Virus record (IMG/VR): IMGVR_UViG_2894657497_000001
Coordinates: 1-64,000 of that record
From: a virus
Taxonomy: Duplodnaviria > Caudoviricetes
Direction: 5' to 3' (one strand)
Length of the DNA: 64,000 bases
Shown here: positions 20,120 to 29,729 of the stretch, one piece after another
Layout of the letters: each line of letters starts with the position of its first letter
How positions within the stretch are numbered: the stretch's first letter is position 1
Program-made: the position numbers and the translations under genes
Notes under the pieces: model-generated
The model's input: the letters and a program-made list of their open reading frames with translations, nothing else
What the model was told of the DNA's origin: nothing
Database searches by the model: none

Positions 20120-20247
20120 GAAAGGGATTCACGCTCATAGAGCTGCTGATCGTCCTGGCAATATGCGCCATCCTGGCTGCGGTAATCATCCCGCAGCTTC
20201 CAAACGGCATACCCGTCGGAGACGGGAAAGTGCTCAAACTCAGATAG
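20116..20247 (+). CDS. 43-aa type IV prepilin-like mini-protein (not in the ORF track)
   Basis: MRKG|FTLIELLIVLAICAILAAVIIPQLPNGIPVGDGKVLKLR: class III signal peptide with G|F cleavage site, E5 and P22; GTGA overlap with the upstream stop. Confidence 0.8.
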   Translation: MRKGFTLIELLIVLAICAILAAVIIPQLPNGIPVGDGKVLKLR

Positions 20248-20258
20248 GAGGTAGGACC

Positions 20259-20762
20259 GTGTACAAGATTTTTATGGTGATGATGATGGTGGTTTTCATG
20301 GCGGGCTGCAAGGTGGAGAGCACGCAGAGCAGCGACAACACGCAGCAACAGCAGCAGGAGCGCATCCTGCAGGAAGGCTCCGCGCAGACCGGCATGCCGG
20401 CAATCAAGAATTTCCGCGAGAAGAAGCTGCTCAAGGACATCTACGAACTGCGCGACCAGGACGGCCTGGTGACATACACCTACATCGTGGCCGAGATGAC
20501 CGGCAAGCTGGTGTACCTGGGTGAGTCCATCGGGTACGGCATCCCCGCAGCGACGCAGTACACAAACCCGCAGAAGATCGCTGAGAAGAATACCTACCAG
20601 AGCGGCAGCTACGCCATCTTGCCCCAGGCCGACCCCAACGGGCTATTTTCTCCGGCATCTGCCGAGGGCACATGGGTCATGCTGAAGGATCCCCACGGCG
20701 GCAAGGTGCGGCCCGTGTACGTAGAACAACGGATCGTCGTCGCACCGTTCAAAATGCAGTAG
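20259..20762 (+). CDS. Putative lipoprotein
   Basis: GTG start after AGGAGG; hydrophobic leader ending in lipobox MAGC. Confidence 0.7.
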   Translation: MYKIFMVMMMVVFMAGCKVESTQSSDNTQQQQQERILQEGSAQTGMPAIKNFREKKLLKDIYELRDQDGLVTYTYIVAEMTGKLVYLGESIGYGIPAATQYTNPQKIAEKNTYQSGSYAILPQADPNGLFSPASAEGTWVMLKDPHGGKVRPVYVEQRIVVAPFKMQ

Positions 20763-20810
20763 GCAGACCGAGTGGCAGAGTGGCAGATCTGCCACAAAAA
20801 AATGATTGAC

Positions 20811-20952
20811 AGCGGGGCGGCGTGGGAGCGGACACGCAGCGGGGCTCACATCAAAAGGCAACGGCAATAAGACCTGCGATATAGCAGTCAAGCATGGGAA
20901 CGTCGTCTGGCAGTGAGGCCAGACATAGCCGGAGTAGCGACCGGCCCCCGCT
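20811..20952 (+). ncRNA. tRNA-like structured RNA candidate
   Basis: 7-bp acceptor-like stem AGCGGGG/CCCCGCT, 2-nt link, 5-bp D-like hairpin GCGTG/CACGC, 5-bp T-like hairpin GCCGG/CCGGC stacked on the acceptor stem; extra internal hairpins. Confidence 0.55.
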
Positions 20953-21288
20953 AAATACGGGTATCCGTAAAAAGTCGTTGATGATCAAAAAACTACACAA
21001 ATGAATTACACACTTTAATGCTTCATTGGGAACCAGAATGAAATACGGGACAGGAAAATCAGCGGATAATATCTGCGTTATTTGTGGTAGGGGCGGTGCT
21101 CGATCAGTTGGGGCAGGAGGCCGAGCACACAAGAAATGTATCCCAATCGTAAATGGGCAAACATGCCAACATTGTGACGCCGGATGTACATACCCAGACT
21201 GCCCCGCAGAAGGGTCGATAACCCAAAAGGGAGTAATCACTACCAACGACTTTTTACGGATACCCCTAAATACGAACAGGAGACGACA

Positions 21289-21657
21289 ATGTCGCAAGCA
21301 GAGTTCAGAAAAGAACTTGTGAAAATTATGCCGGGATACGACTGGACCATTCACAAATCGGGCAACCCTGAAATTTATCTCTGCGCCACAGGCGTCCAAT
21401 CAAGCGGATTCAATCGACTGTCAACATTGCAGGTTGAACGGAGAGAACGAGATGGGAGGGTCCGATACGAGGTCAAAAGCGCTGGTTACGGTAAAAGAGC
21501 CCCATGGCTGGCAACAGCAGTGGACGACACACTGGCCAGAGCGTTGCGCGTCCTGCAAAACCATTATGAAAATATGGCAGCAACATACAGAAGCCATGCG
21601 AGCTACCTGCAGCACGCGAGAACCCCCAAGGAACCGCCATGCGCTGGGACAATATGA
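21289..21657 (+). CDS. Hypothetical protein
   Basis: AGGAG RBS; MSQAEFRKELVKIMPGY. Confidence 0.6.
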   Translation: MSQAEFRKELVKIMPGYDWTIHKSGNPEIYLCATGVQSSGFNRLSTLQVERRERDGRVRYEVKSAGYGKRAPWLATAVDDTLARALRVLQNHYENMAATYRSHASYLQHARTPKEPPCAGTI

Positions 21658-21854
21658 CCACATTGCCGCTGCTGAAAACAGTAATGCGGCTCAAAAGGGC
21701 GACAAAAACAGAACTATCGCTGATATCGGGCGTGTCGGAGCGGACCATCGGGACTGCCAGGGCCGGAAAGCCTATCGACGCTACCCTGGCCGGATACATC
21801 AGCCAGGCGCTCGTGCAGAACGAATTCAGCAGGGACAAAAGGGGGGGATGGTGA
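21654..21854 (+). CDS. Small HTH protein
   Basis: TKTELSLISGVSERTIGTARAG XRE-like pattern. Confidence 0.5.
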   Translation: MTTLPLLKTVMRLKRATKTELSLISGVSERTIGTARAGKPIDATLAGYISQALVQNEFSRDKRGGW

Positions 21855-22345
21855 CGCACAAGGAGTTGGTCAAGATCGCAGAAAAGTGGCTGCTCGGAAC
21901 ACGCAAGTGCTCGTTCGCATTTACCGAACTAGTGACGATGGGCACCGACGAGATCCCCGACGCATTAGGATTCCGTGACGGGCACTCAATACTGATCGAA
22001 TGCAAGACCAGCCGGTCGGACTTTCTGGCCGACAAAAAGAAGATATTTCGTCGCAACCCACGCTTGGGCGTCGGGACATTCCGCCTGTTTCTCTGCCCCG
22101 AGGGCGTCATCAGGCGAGAAGACCTCCCGGCCCGGTGGGGCCTAATATGGGTAAACGAGAAGGGTAAGCCGCGGCAGGTAGTGGGGCCAAAAGGGAACGC
22201 ATGGGGATACAGCGGGCTTGAATTCCAGCACGAAAGCAACCTGCGGGCAGAATACGCCATGATGGCAAGCGCTCTGCGCCGGCTGCACCTTCGGGGAGTC
22301 CTGCCGATGATTTACGAGCCGCTGAAAACCAGCACCAGGGAGTAA
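21848..22345 (+). CDS. PD-(D/E)xK (MmcB-like) nuclease-fold protein
   Basis: EIPDALGF...ILIECKTSRSDFLAD. Confidence 0.7.
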   Translation: MVTHKELVKIAEKWLLGTRKCSFAFTELVTMGTDEIPDALGFRDGHSILIECKTSRSDFLADKKKIFRRNPRLGVGTFRLFLCPEGVIRREDLPARWGLIWVNEKGKPRQVVGPKGNAWGYSGLEFQHESNLRAEYAMMASALRRLHLRGVLPMIYEPLKTSTRE

Positions 22346-22799
22346 AGCCATGACAACGATATTGATTGTGGACGATGGATACGGCAGAGCGCAGATGATC
22401 GCCCGCAGCATGATCGCCCGCAGCATGATCGCCAATGCCGGTATTGAGCCAGCAGAGGTCATAATACGCCCTTCATATGACCCACCCGAGCAGTTCGCGG
22501 ATCCCAAAGAATGCTGGAAGCCTGCCCCGACCGGACTCCCACGGAAGCAGCGCAAGAACTGGAAGATGAAGCGGAGGGAGCGGAAGAGATCCCGCAGGAA
22601 GTAGCCGCAGGCATCATTCTGGCCGGGGGCCTTTGGTAGAACACACCAATACAAAGGAGGATCGGAGATGGATGAAAAAATGAAAACAGCGGAAGATAAA
22701 GCTCCATCAAGCTTGTTGTTACTTGTTTGCGCAACTGGATGGATGATGACCAGCGCGTCTGCGTGCTGGTGATGGCAGATAAAACTTCGGAGGAACCCC

Positions 22800-23971
22800 A
22801 TGAGTAATAACGAAGAGTTGAAGGAAAGAGCAAGGGTAGATATCAAAATTCTTGATAGTATTGGGCGAGAAAATATGGCTAGCCATATCCGGGATCTCCT
22901 CGCGGCCCTCAATGCGGCAGAATTGGACGCTGAATGCAACCGGATACAGGCGGTAGATCGCGGTAATAGTTTTTCCGCCATGCAAACCGAGAACGCTACT
23001 CTCAAAACAGGATGCCAGTCATTCCAAGATTCCTTTTACCGGGAGAGCAAAAAGACGAAGCAACTGCAGCAAAATAACGCCACTCTGGAAGCCGAGAATG
23101 CCGCCCTCAAAACCCGGCTCGCTAGCCGTACCTACTACCACGACAATGCAGCGGTGGAGGCCGAGGTAAAACGGCTGGAAGGGGAACTACTAAAATCAAA
23201 CGAGCAAGCCAATGAAATGATTAAGCATTTGAGAGAGATGTTAGCCAAAACGCAGGGAGCAAATGAATGTAATTACAAGGGCAAACTTGCCGCAGAATCC
23301 GAACTATTCCGCTACCGGTCAGGGGTGGAGGTAGAAGGCCACGGCTGCAATTATGGGCACATAGGCGTATTACCCGCAGATTGGGCCAAATTGGTGCAAT
23401 TCGACGGACAGCACGTTCGCATCCTGGTGATGGCGGACAGCAAACCGCAGGAGGTACAGGGATGAGCGTAGACGAATGCCCAATTGATTGCGATAGCTGC
23501 GTCAAGTGGCCATGCCCAGAATTGAACCATGCACCAGCCGATCCAACCGAGATCGACCGCCTCCGCGCCCTGGAGATAGAGTTAAAGCGATTGCTTGTGG
23601 TAGAGGAAGCATACCGCGAATCAATAATCGATACAGCTAGTCTCCGCACCAAGGTGGCAGAACTGACCAAAGAACGGGACCACTGGAAAGCCAACCACAA
23701 TGACCTCAAGAATAGGCTGGCCTTTTTACGCCAACGCCCTGATTTGCCGGTAGACAGAATCCCCGTCTACGAGCAACTGGTCAAGGAACGGGACGCTCTG
23801 GTCCGGGAAGTGAATGTGCAGCGGGCCAGAGCCGAGTTGTTCGAGACAGATAAACACCACAAGGCGCAGCAGGAGGCGGCGCGGGACTGCTTCATAATCA
23901 TGTTCGACGCAGCATCGTATGCCGAAGGCTTCGAGGAAATAAAGGCCAAATACCACCTGGAGGACGTCTGA
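22800..23971 (+). CDS. Two coiled-coil hypothetical proteins (22800-23465, ~23462-23971)
   Basis: Heptad-rich ORFs with ATGA overlap. Confidence 0.55.
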
Positions 23972-24612
23972 GCGCCCGAGCAATTTTTTGCCAAAAACTC
24001 AAAGAGTGTTGATATTATTAATATTATTTCCAGCATTACCCGCTGGGCACCGTTGCAAATAGCGCCATAAAGGCGTAAGTAAAAAAAGGAAGCAAAAAGG
24101 ACAACATTTTGTCGTCAACGGCCATGAATACTGGCGGTTGCTTAAAAAAGACCTATGGATTACCCAGGAGGAAAAGTTGAAGAAGCTGATCTGGAAAATC
24201 AGATACATGAGAGACATGGCGCGTCGCACTGGTAAGAGCAGGCGATTCTGCTGGTGGGCTGCAGGCCGTGAGGTAAAATACAACCCCGATTGGCGCGACG
24301 ACTCTCCGCACGATGCGGTAACGAACGAAATGAGCTTCTGGAACTAGAAGACACCAAAAAGGACAAAGGAATATGCCACGAGTAGAAGCGACCGCCACAG
24401 GGAGGCAGAAACAGACGTTCATGGTCTGGTACGGCAAGCCATACAACCGGAGAAGCTTCCAGACAGCGCTTGCAGAGGTCAAGGAGGCGCTGGCCGAAGC
24501 CATACAGCACGGGCTCAAGGTAGATGGGCCAATCCTGCACTACCCCAACAACAACAAGAAGACGAGGCCGGAAGAGATCCCATACGAGCCGGAAGCCTCC
24601 GCATAATCAAAC

Positions 24613-24630
24613 TGTTTGATATGCGCTACA
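24613..24630 (+). promoter_or_regulatory. Representative copy of a dispersed 18-bp motif (TGTTTGATATGCGCTACA; about 18 copies in the window)
   Basis: Copies at 2505, 4444, 5897, 7789, 12485, 13143, 19713, 39980, 44766, 48629, 51759, 52212 (one orientation) and 24613, 33216, 34804, 41234, 56767, 63202 (other orientation), all at gene junctions or intergenic. Confidence 0.8.
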
Positions 24631-24664
24631 TAATAGGGCTATTATAGAGCAAAACTCAATACCT

Positions 24665-24739
24665 CGGTTATTTAGACTCGCCACCACGATCACCTAAACC
24701 CGGAAATAGCACGAAACAACGTGCCGTCTCCGGGTTTTT
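24665..24739 (+). promoter_or_regulatory. Structured leader copy 1 (upstream of portal)
   Basis: Near-identical to 41608-41684; AACCCGGA...TCCGGGTT stem enclosing GCACG/CGTGC hairpin, followed by a T-tract. Confidence 0.7.
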
Positions 24740-24757
24740 GTATTTAAGAGGGATACA

Positions 24758-26542
24758 ATGATTAATCTCCCCAAGTCGTTCATGGAGGACGCCGTCGAAA
24801 CTCCGGCAGGTCTCCTGGTCCCGTCCCGTTCCGCAGAATCACTCATAAAGGCCGAAGCCAAGAAGATGCGCGTCGAAGAGAACAAGGCCGCTTTCTTCTC
24901 CAAGTTCGCCCTCGCCCAGAACATGGTGGCCTACGGCGCCCGGGAGAAGCCCGCAGGCACCCCGAGCTTCGCCATCCTGTACGAGTCGGCCAAGCGGTCG
25001 TTTGTCGATGCCATCCTGATCCGCGCCAGGATAGACCAGCAGAAACGCATCTGGCAGAAAGCCAACGACGGCAAGAACAAGGATATCGGCTTTCGAGTGG
25101 TCCACGAGCGGCAGGACGATCCAGACTACAAGGTCACGAAGAACGACAAAGAGCGCTGCGCGGAGATGGAGAAGCTGCTCGGCAACCCGACGCCCGCCGA
25201 ATTCATCTACCTATACCCGCACAACGTCAGGCCGCACACCAACCTCAAAGACCTCGTCTCGGTACTCACCCGGGCGGAACTGATCATCGACCGCAAATGC
25301 ATCCTCCGGTACAAGCGCCGCGACGGCCAGGGGTATGCCGCCTTCCACTGGCTCCCGGGCGAGAGCATCAAGAACGTCGACGAGTCGGTGCGGGCCTGGG
25401 CGCAGAAGAACGAGAAGGACGGCAAGATCACCAAGGACACCATCGACAAAATGTCGCTGGCAACCGGCTTCGATATCGCCAATGCGGCATACGTCCAGAT
25501 GATCGACGGGATGATCACGGCGGCATTCACCGACGACGAGATCAGCGTCCACATCAGCAACCCCAGCGACCAGATGAACCGGTTCGGATACGGCGAGTCC
25601 CGCTTGGAACTCTCGCTGGACATTACCACCACCCTGCTCATGGCCTGGACCTACAACCGGGAGATGTTCAAGACCAATTACCCCGAGCAGGTGCTGACCG
25701 TCGCCGGCGACTACGACAAGGAAGGGCTCCAAGCATTCAAGCAGCAGCTACTCGCGGAAGCCGGGGGCGTCGGCAACAACTGGCGGCTGCCGGTAATCCC
25801 TGCCGGCGATATCGATAACTTCAAGATCGAGAGCGTGAAACTGCGCGAGTCGCCAAAAGACATGCTGTTCGACCAGATGATCCGCCTGGCCATCATGCTC
25901 AAGGCAGCGGCATACGGCGCCCACCCCAGCACCCTGAACCTGGAAATGGACAGCGGCAACGGGGGAGGCAACCTGTTCGGCGCCAACCCGGCCAGCGAGA
26001 TTGAATTCAGCAAGGAGCATGGCCTGATACCGTCGCTGACGGATATGTGCGAGTGGTTCACCGACTGCATTATTCACCCTCGCTATGACGACCTGAAGCT
26101 GATATTGGTTGGCCTGAACCCGGAAGACGAAAAGGCGGCGGTCGATATCCGCACCGCCCGGGTCTCCAAGTGGGACACCAGAAATGAGGCGCGCTCCGAA
26201 GAAGGGAAATCCCCGATTGGTTTCTGGCTGCCACCGGAGCAGTACAACAAGCTGCAGGAGGGGGATCCGCAGAAGGAACTGTACGACAAGAACCCCTGGA
26301 ACTACCCGGCAGACGTCGCGATCCCGAACTACATTAACACATTCAGCATGGCCGGTCAGCAAGGGCAGGACCAGGGCGACGACGGCCAGTATGACGACCA
26401 GCAAGATCAGGGCGACGATCAACAAGACCAGGACCAGCAGGACGACGGCAGCGATCAGTATTACAAGGCACTGCGGAAGTCCCGCAGGGGAGCGCGGCGA
26501 AAGACCAAGTTTCTCCAGATCAGCCTCGACGACCAGCTATAG
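24758..26542 (+). CDS. Portal protein
   Basis: 594 aa; FGYGESRLE motif, AAAYGAHPSTLN, TRNEARSEEGKSPI C-terminal portal pattern; acidic Q/D tail. Confidence 0.8.
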   Translation: MINLPKSFMEDAVETPAGLLVPSRSAESLIKAEAKKMRVEENKAAFFSKFALAQNMVAYGAREKPAGTPSFAILYESAKRSFVDAILIRARIDQQKRIWQKANDGKNKDIGFRVVHERQDDPDYKVTKNDKERCAEMEKLLGNPTPAEFIYLYPHNVRPHTNLKDLVSVLTRAELIIDRKCILRYKRRDGQGYAAFHWLPGESIKNVDESVRAWAQKNEKDGKITKDTIDKMSLATGFDIANAAYVQMIDGMITAAFTDDEISVHISNPSDQMNRFGYGESRLELSLDITTTLLMAWTYNREMFKTNYPEQVLTVAGDYDKEGLQAFKQQLLAEAGGVGNNWRLPVIPAGDIDNFKIESVKLRESPKDMLFDQMIRLAIMLKAAAYGAHPSTLNLEMDSGNGGGNLFGANPASEIEFSKEHGLIPSLTDMCEWFTDCIIHPRYDDLKLILVGLNPEDEKAAVDIRTARVSKWDTRNEARSEEGKSPIGFWLPPEQYNKLQEGDPQKELYDKNPWNYPADVAIPNYINTFSMAGQQGQDQGDDGQYDDQQDQGDDQQDQDQQDDGSDQYYKALRKSRRGARRKTKFLQISLDDQL

Positions 26543-26599
26543 CGATCATTCAACGGAACAGGCTTACAGTAATCACCCCATATTGGAAGGAGAACACCA

Positions 26600-28009
26600 G
26601 TGAAAGAAGTCGACGACCTCAACAAAGCCATTGCCGAAACCACGGCAGCCGCCACCAGCCTCCTGCAGAAGTCGCATGTCAAGGCGTACACCAGAACCAC
26701 CGCGTCCGGCGCAACGGTGCAGGTCAAAGAGCATGACGACAGCCGGAACCCGAACATTATTGGCCAGGCAACAGGCATGAACGACAAAGCCCCGGAGAAA
26801 GCAACATCGTTCAACCACAACGGAAAGGAATACCAGAGCACTGGTAAAGAAGGCACGTCGAATCACGACGGCAGGCCGGTCCGCGAGTTTGAGGCCGATG
26901 ACGGGCATAGGGTGTGGCTCGACCATCATGCCAACGTCCATGCTGACTCGAAGGAAGAAGCCGACGAGCACCACAAGGGCAAGGCAGATTCCGCGAAGGA
27001 GTATGACAACAAGCGCCAGGACGCAGAGAAAGCGAGCGCCGCTGCCGACAAGCACCAGGCTGGCATGAATTGGGGAAAACCCGATATGAAGAAGCTGCAG
27101 GCGCTCCACCACGACGCAGCCAAGAAGCATATCGACGCCATGGAGGCCGCGCACCGCGCCGGCGACGGGGAGGCCATGCGCGACCACTACTACAAGGCCA
27201 GCGTACACCTGGGGGCCGGGCAATCGGCAGGGACTTTCAACCGGAAGGACGCGGAGCACAACGCCAAGGCACAGTCGGATATGGCCGAACACATCGGCAA
27301 GATCGCCGACCAGCACAAGACCGAGCACAATGCCCATTCCCTTAACCACGGGGCAAGTATCCACTTGCTGGCCGCAGAGCAGCACCGTAGGGCGCAGGAT
27401 GCCCACAGTCATGCCGCGAACCAGAGCGGGTTCGGTAGTGAGCATTTTGATGAGCACATTGAATCGAGCAACTTCCACAAGGATAAAGCCAAGGAGCACG
27501 GCAGCAAAGCCGTCGATATTGCCGGGGTGGCCACCAAGGCCAACGACAAGGCATACGCCGCCAGCGAGAAAGCCAAACGCAGCGGAAAGCCTGAAGACCA
27601 CAAGGCCGCCGCAGAGGCCCACCGGGAAGCCGCCAAGCTGGACTACGACTCGGAAGGCAAAGCCGATCACGAAGCAAAGGCAGCAGAGCACGATAAGAAG
27701 GCCAAGCCGGCAAAAGAAGACACAGGCCGGGGCGGGAAGACCACACTCGCCGACCTGAAAAAACACCCCAATTGGTCTGAAAGCGACCACCAGCACCTCA
27801 AAAGCAAAGGGTACTCCCACGACGAGATAAAAGACATATGGGACCGCGACAAAGCTAGAGGTAACGGGCCGCTGGAACACAAAAAGGCCCCTGACACCGT
27901 TGGGACCGTAAGCGACCCCAATCATTTCAAAAAAAGTTCCGGATCGGATGACGATCTTAAAAAGGCGACAGACGAAGCGATAGCTGCTGCCGGCACCATT
28001 TTGGAATAG
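26600..28009 (+). CDS. His/Ala/Lys-rich putative internal head protein
   Basis: KSHVKAYTRTTASGATVQVKEHDD motif; repeated H-x2-AA-x2-H patterns; follows the portal gene. Confidence 0.6.
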   Translation: MKEVDDLNKAIAETTAAATSLLQKSHVKAYTRTTASGATVQVKEHDDSRNPNIIGQATGMNDKAPEKATSFNHNGKEYQSTGKEGTSNHDGRPVREFEADDGHRVWLDHHANVHADSKEEADEHHKGKADSAKEYDNKRQDAEKASAAADKHQAGMNWGKPDMKKLQALHHDAAKKHIDAMEAAHRAGDGEAMRDHYYKASVHLGAGQSAGTFNRKDAEHNAKAQSDMAEHIGKIADQHKTEHNAHSLNHGASIHLLAAEQHRRAQDAHSHAANQSGFGSEHFDEHIESSNFHKDKAKEHGSKAVDIAGVATKANDKAYAASEKAKRSGKPEDHKAAAEAHREAAKLDYDSEGKADHEAKAAEHDKKAKPAKEDTGRGGKTTLADLKKHPNWSESDHQHLKSKGYSHDEIKDIWDRDKARGNGPLEHKKAPDTVGTVSDPNHFKKSSGSDDDLKKATDEAIAAAGTILE

Positions 28010-28024
28010 AAAGGCCGCCAGAGA

Positions 28025-28300
28025 GTGAAAGCTACCATCCGGCATAACCTCTCCCCCGAGGAACTGACCAAGTCGCTGTCCGCGCTGGCCGAATCCGAGG
28101 GGATCGGAGAGGAACTGCAAAAGGCCCTGCGGAAGACCGCCACCTGCGACGAGACGCCGAAAGTCCCGCGCCAGGTGGCGGTCAGGCAGTTGTACGAGAT
28201 GATGTGCCGCGAGTTCCAGCGAGCCGCCGATGACTGCGAGCGGTATGCGGAGATGATCAGCGGGAGCGACCGGCCCCGGCAGCAAGGGGAAGCAGCATGA
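28025..28300 (+). CDS. Hypothetical protein
   Basis: 91-aa ORF in operon. Confidence 0.5.
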   Translation: MKATIRHNLSPEELTKSLSALAESEGIGEELQKALRKTATCDETPKVPRQVAVRQLYEMMCREFQRAADDCERYAEMISGSDRPRQQGEAA

Positions 28301-28752
28301 CCCCAGTGAACCAGGAGATAGTCGATCACGGCAAAGGCGACTGCCAGAGGGCGGCAATCGCCTCTTTGTTCGACCTCGATATAGACCAAGTCCCGAACTT
28401 TAGGAAGTACCCGGACAAAGGATGGTTCAACGTCCTGTGGCATTTTCTGCATGGGATCGGGTACGAATATCTCGGCTGCCCCTCCACACCGTCCAAAGCA
28501 AAGCGTCCAGACGGGACGTGGGTATACACGAGAGCCCCAGAGCTTGACCCGGCAGACAGCATCAACGGATATTTCTATGGAGTGGTCCCCAGCAAGACGT
28601 TCAAAGACACCACGCATGCCGTCGTGATCGATTGCAATGGGCTCGTCGTCCACGATCCGAACCCGAACAAGCGCTGGCAAGGCATGAACGTTTTGGAGTC
28701 GGGCGACCTGCGCTGCTGGTACATTTTGAAGCCACTCGAAGGCACACCATGA
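28297..28752 (+). CDS. Hypothetical protein, possible papain-like Cys peptidase
   Basis: GDCQRAAIASLF...HAVV...VHDP (C-H-D order). Confidence 0.4.
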   Translation: MTPVNQEIVDHGKGDCQRAAIASLFDLDIDQVPNFRKYPDKGWFNVLWHFLHGIGYEYLGCPSTPSKAKRPDGTWVYTRAPELDPADSINGYFYGVVPSKTFKDTTHAVVIDCNGLVVHDPNPNKRWQGMNVLESGDLRCWYILKPLEGTP

Positions 28753-29726
28753 CCAAAGACCAGATCCAGCAACTGACCCAGATGATACAGGACCGATACG
28801 CATACGTGGCGGCCCAATTTCAATCAGAGGACTACCACCCCGACCCGCAGCAACTCGAACGTTGGAAGCAGATGGGGCTCGTTCCCGAGCATGTCACCGC
28901 CGAGACGTTCACCATGAGCATCCCCCCGGAGATGCACCTGCTCAAGAACGCATTCATCGCCGGCAGGCTATACGAGGCCGTAGACAAGGGCGCCACCCTC
29001 GACGAGGTCATGCAACTGGCGCTCAACATGCCGCTCAAGAAGCCGGACCTGGAAGCGATAGCCATCGCCGAGCAGCAGACGGCGGCGTATATCACCGACA
29101 ACGCATCGGACCTCGCAACGAAAATAGGCCAGATAGCGATCCAGAAGCGCAACGAGACGATCAGGCAGATGGCGGTGGACTACCACAGCCGCACGCTGAA
29201 ACGGACCGTCCTGGACGAAGAGGCGAAGCGAGAGGCGGGAGAACAGATACCGCAGAAGTACGTCGAGACATGGCAGCAGTTCAAAAGCGAACTGCACCAG
29301 GCCATGGAGGACAAGTCGCGGGATTGGGATCGGGTCGCATTCTACGAGATCACCGACGCCCAGCGCCAGGGGCAGGCCCACGCGCTGCTGCAGGACGGCG
29401 ACGTGGACAAGCTGGTCTACAAGATGCCGCTGCCGACCGCATGCCCACAGTGCAAGTACCTCTACCTGCTCCCGGACGGAAAAACACCTCGCTTATTCCG
29501 GCTTTCGGACATGATCAACAATGGGACGAACATTGGAAGGAAGCCGCACCCAGTCAAGGGCGGCCAGGTGCAGCCAGGGGGGAGAAACGACGGTGTACCG
29601 GCACTTAAGGCAGTTGTGGGGCTAGTTCACCCATGGTGTCAGTGCCAGGGCGTTTATGCTGCGACGGGATACGAGCCGTGGCTTACCGATAAGCAAAAGA
29701 GGATCATCGCAAGCCAGAAGAAGTAA
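28749..29726 (+). CDS. MuF/SPP1 gp7-like minor head protein
   Basis: CPQC...HPWCQC motif typical of MuF domains; lies downstream of portal. Confidence 0.7.
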   Translation: MTKDQIQQLTQMIQDRYAYVAAQFQSEDYHPDPQQLERWKQMGLVPEHVTAETFTMSIPPEMHLLKNAFIAGRLYEAVDKGATLDEVMQLALNMPLKKPDLEAIAIAEQQTAAYITDNASDLATKIGQIAIQKRNETIRQMAVDYHSRTLKRTVLDEEAKREAGEQIPQKYVETWQQFKSELHQAMEDKSRDWDRVAFYEITDAQRQGQAHALLQDGDVDKLVYKMPLPTACPQCKYLYLLPDGKTPRLFRLSDMINNGTNIGRKPHPVKGGQVQPGGRNDGVPALKAVVGLVHPWCQCQGVYAATGYEPWLTDKQKRIIASQKK

Positions 29727-29729
29727 GCA

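Noticed and set aside
22393-22433. 15-bp tandem repeat (ATGATCGCCCGCAGC); also a 9-bp repeat near 16873 and the 33-bp repeat at 9095
   Set aside because: Simple in-frame slippage duplications with identical units and no variable spacers
26573-28357. Long antisense ORFs (e.g. 594 aa here, 537 aa at 43258-44871)
   Set aside because: Shadows of GC-biased plus-strand genes; no recognisable motifs
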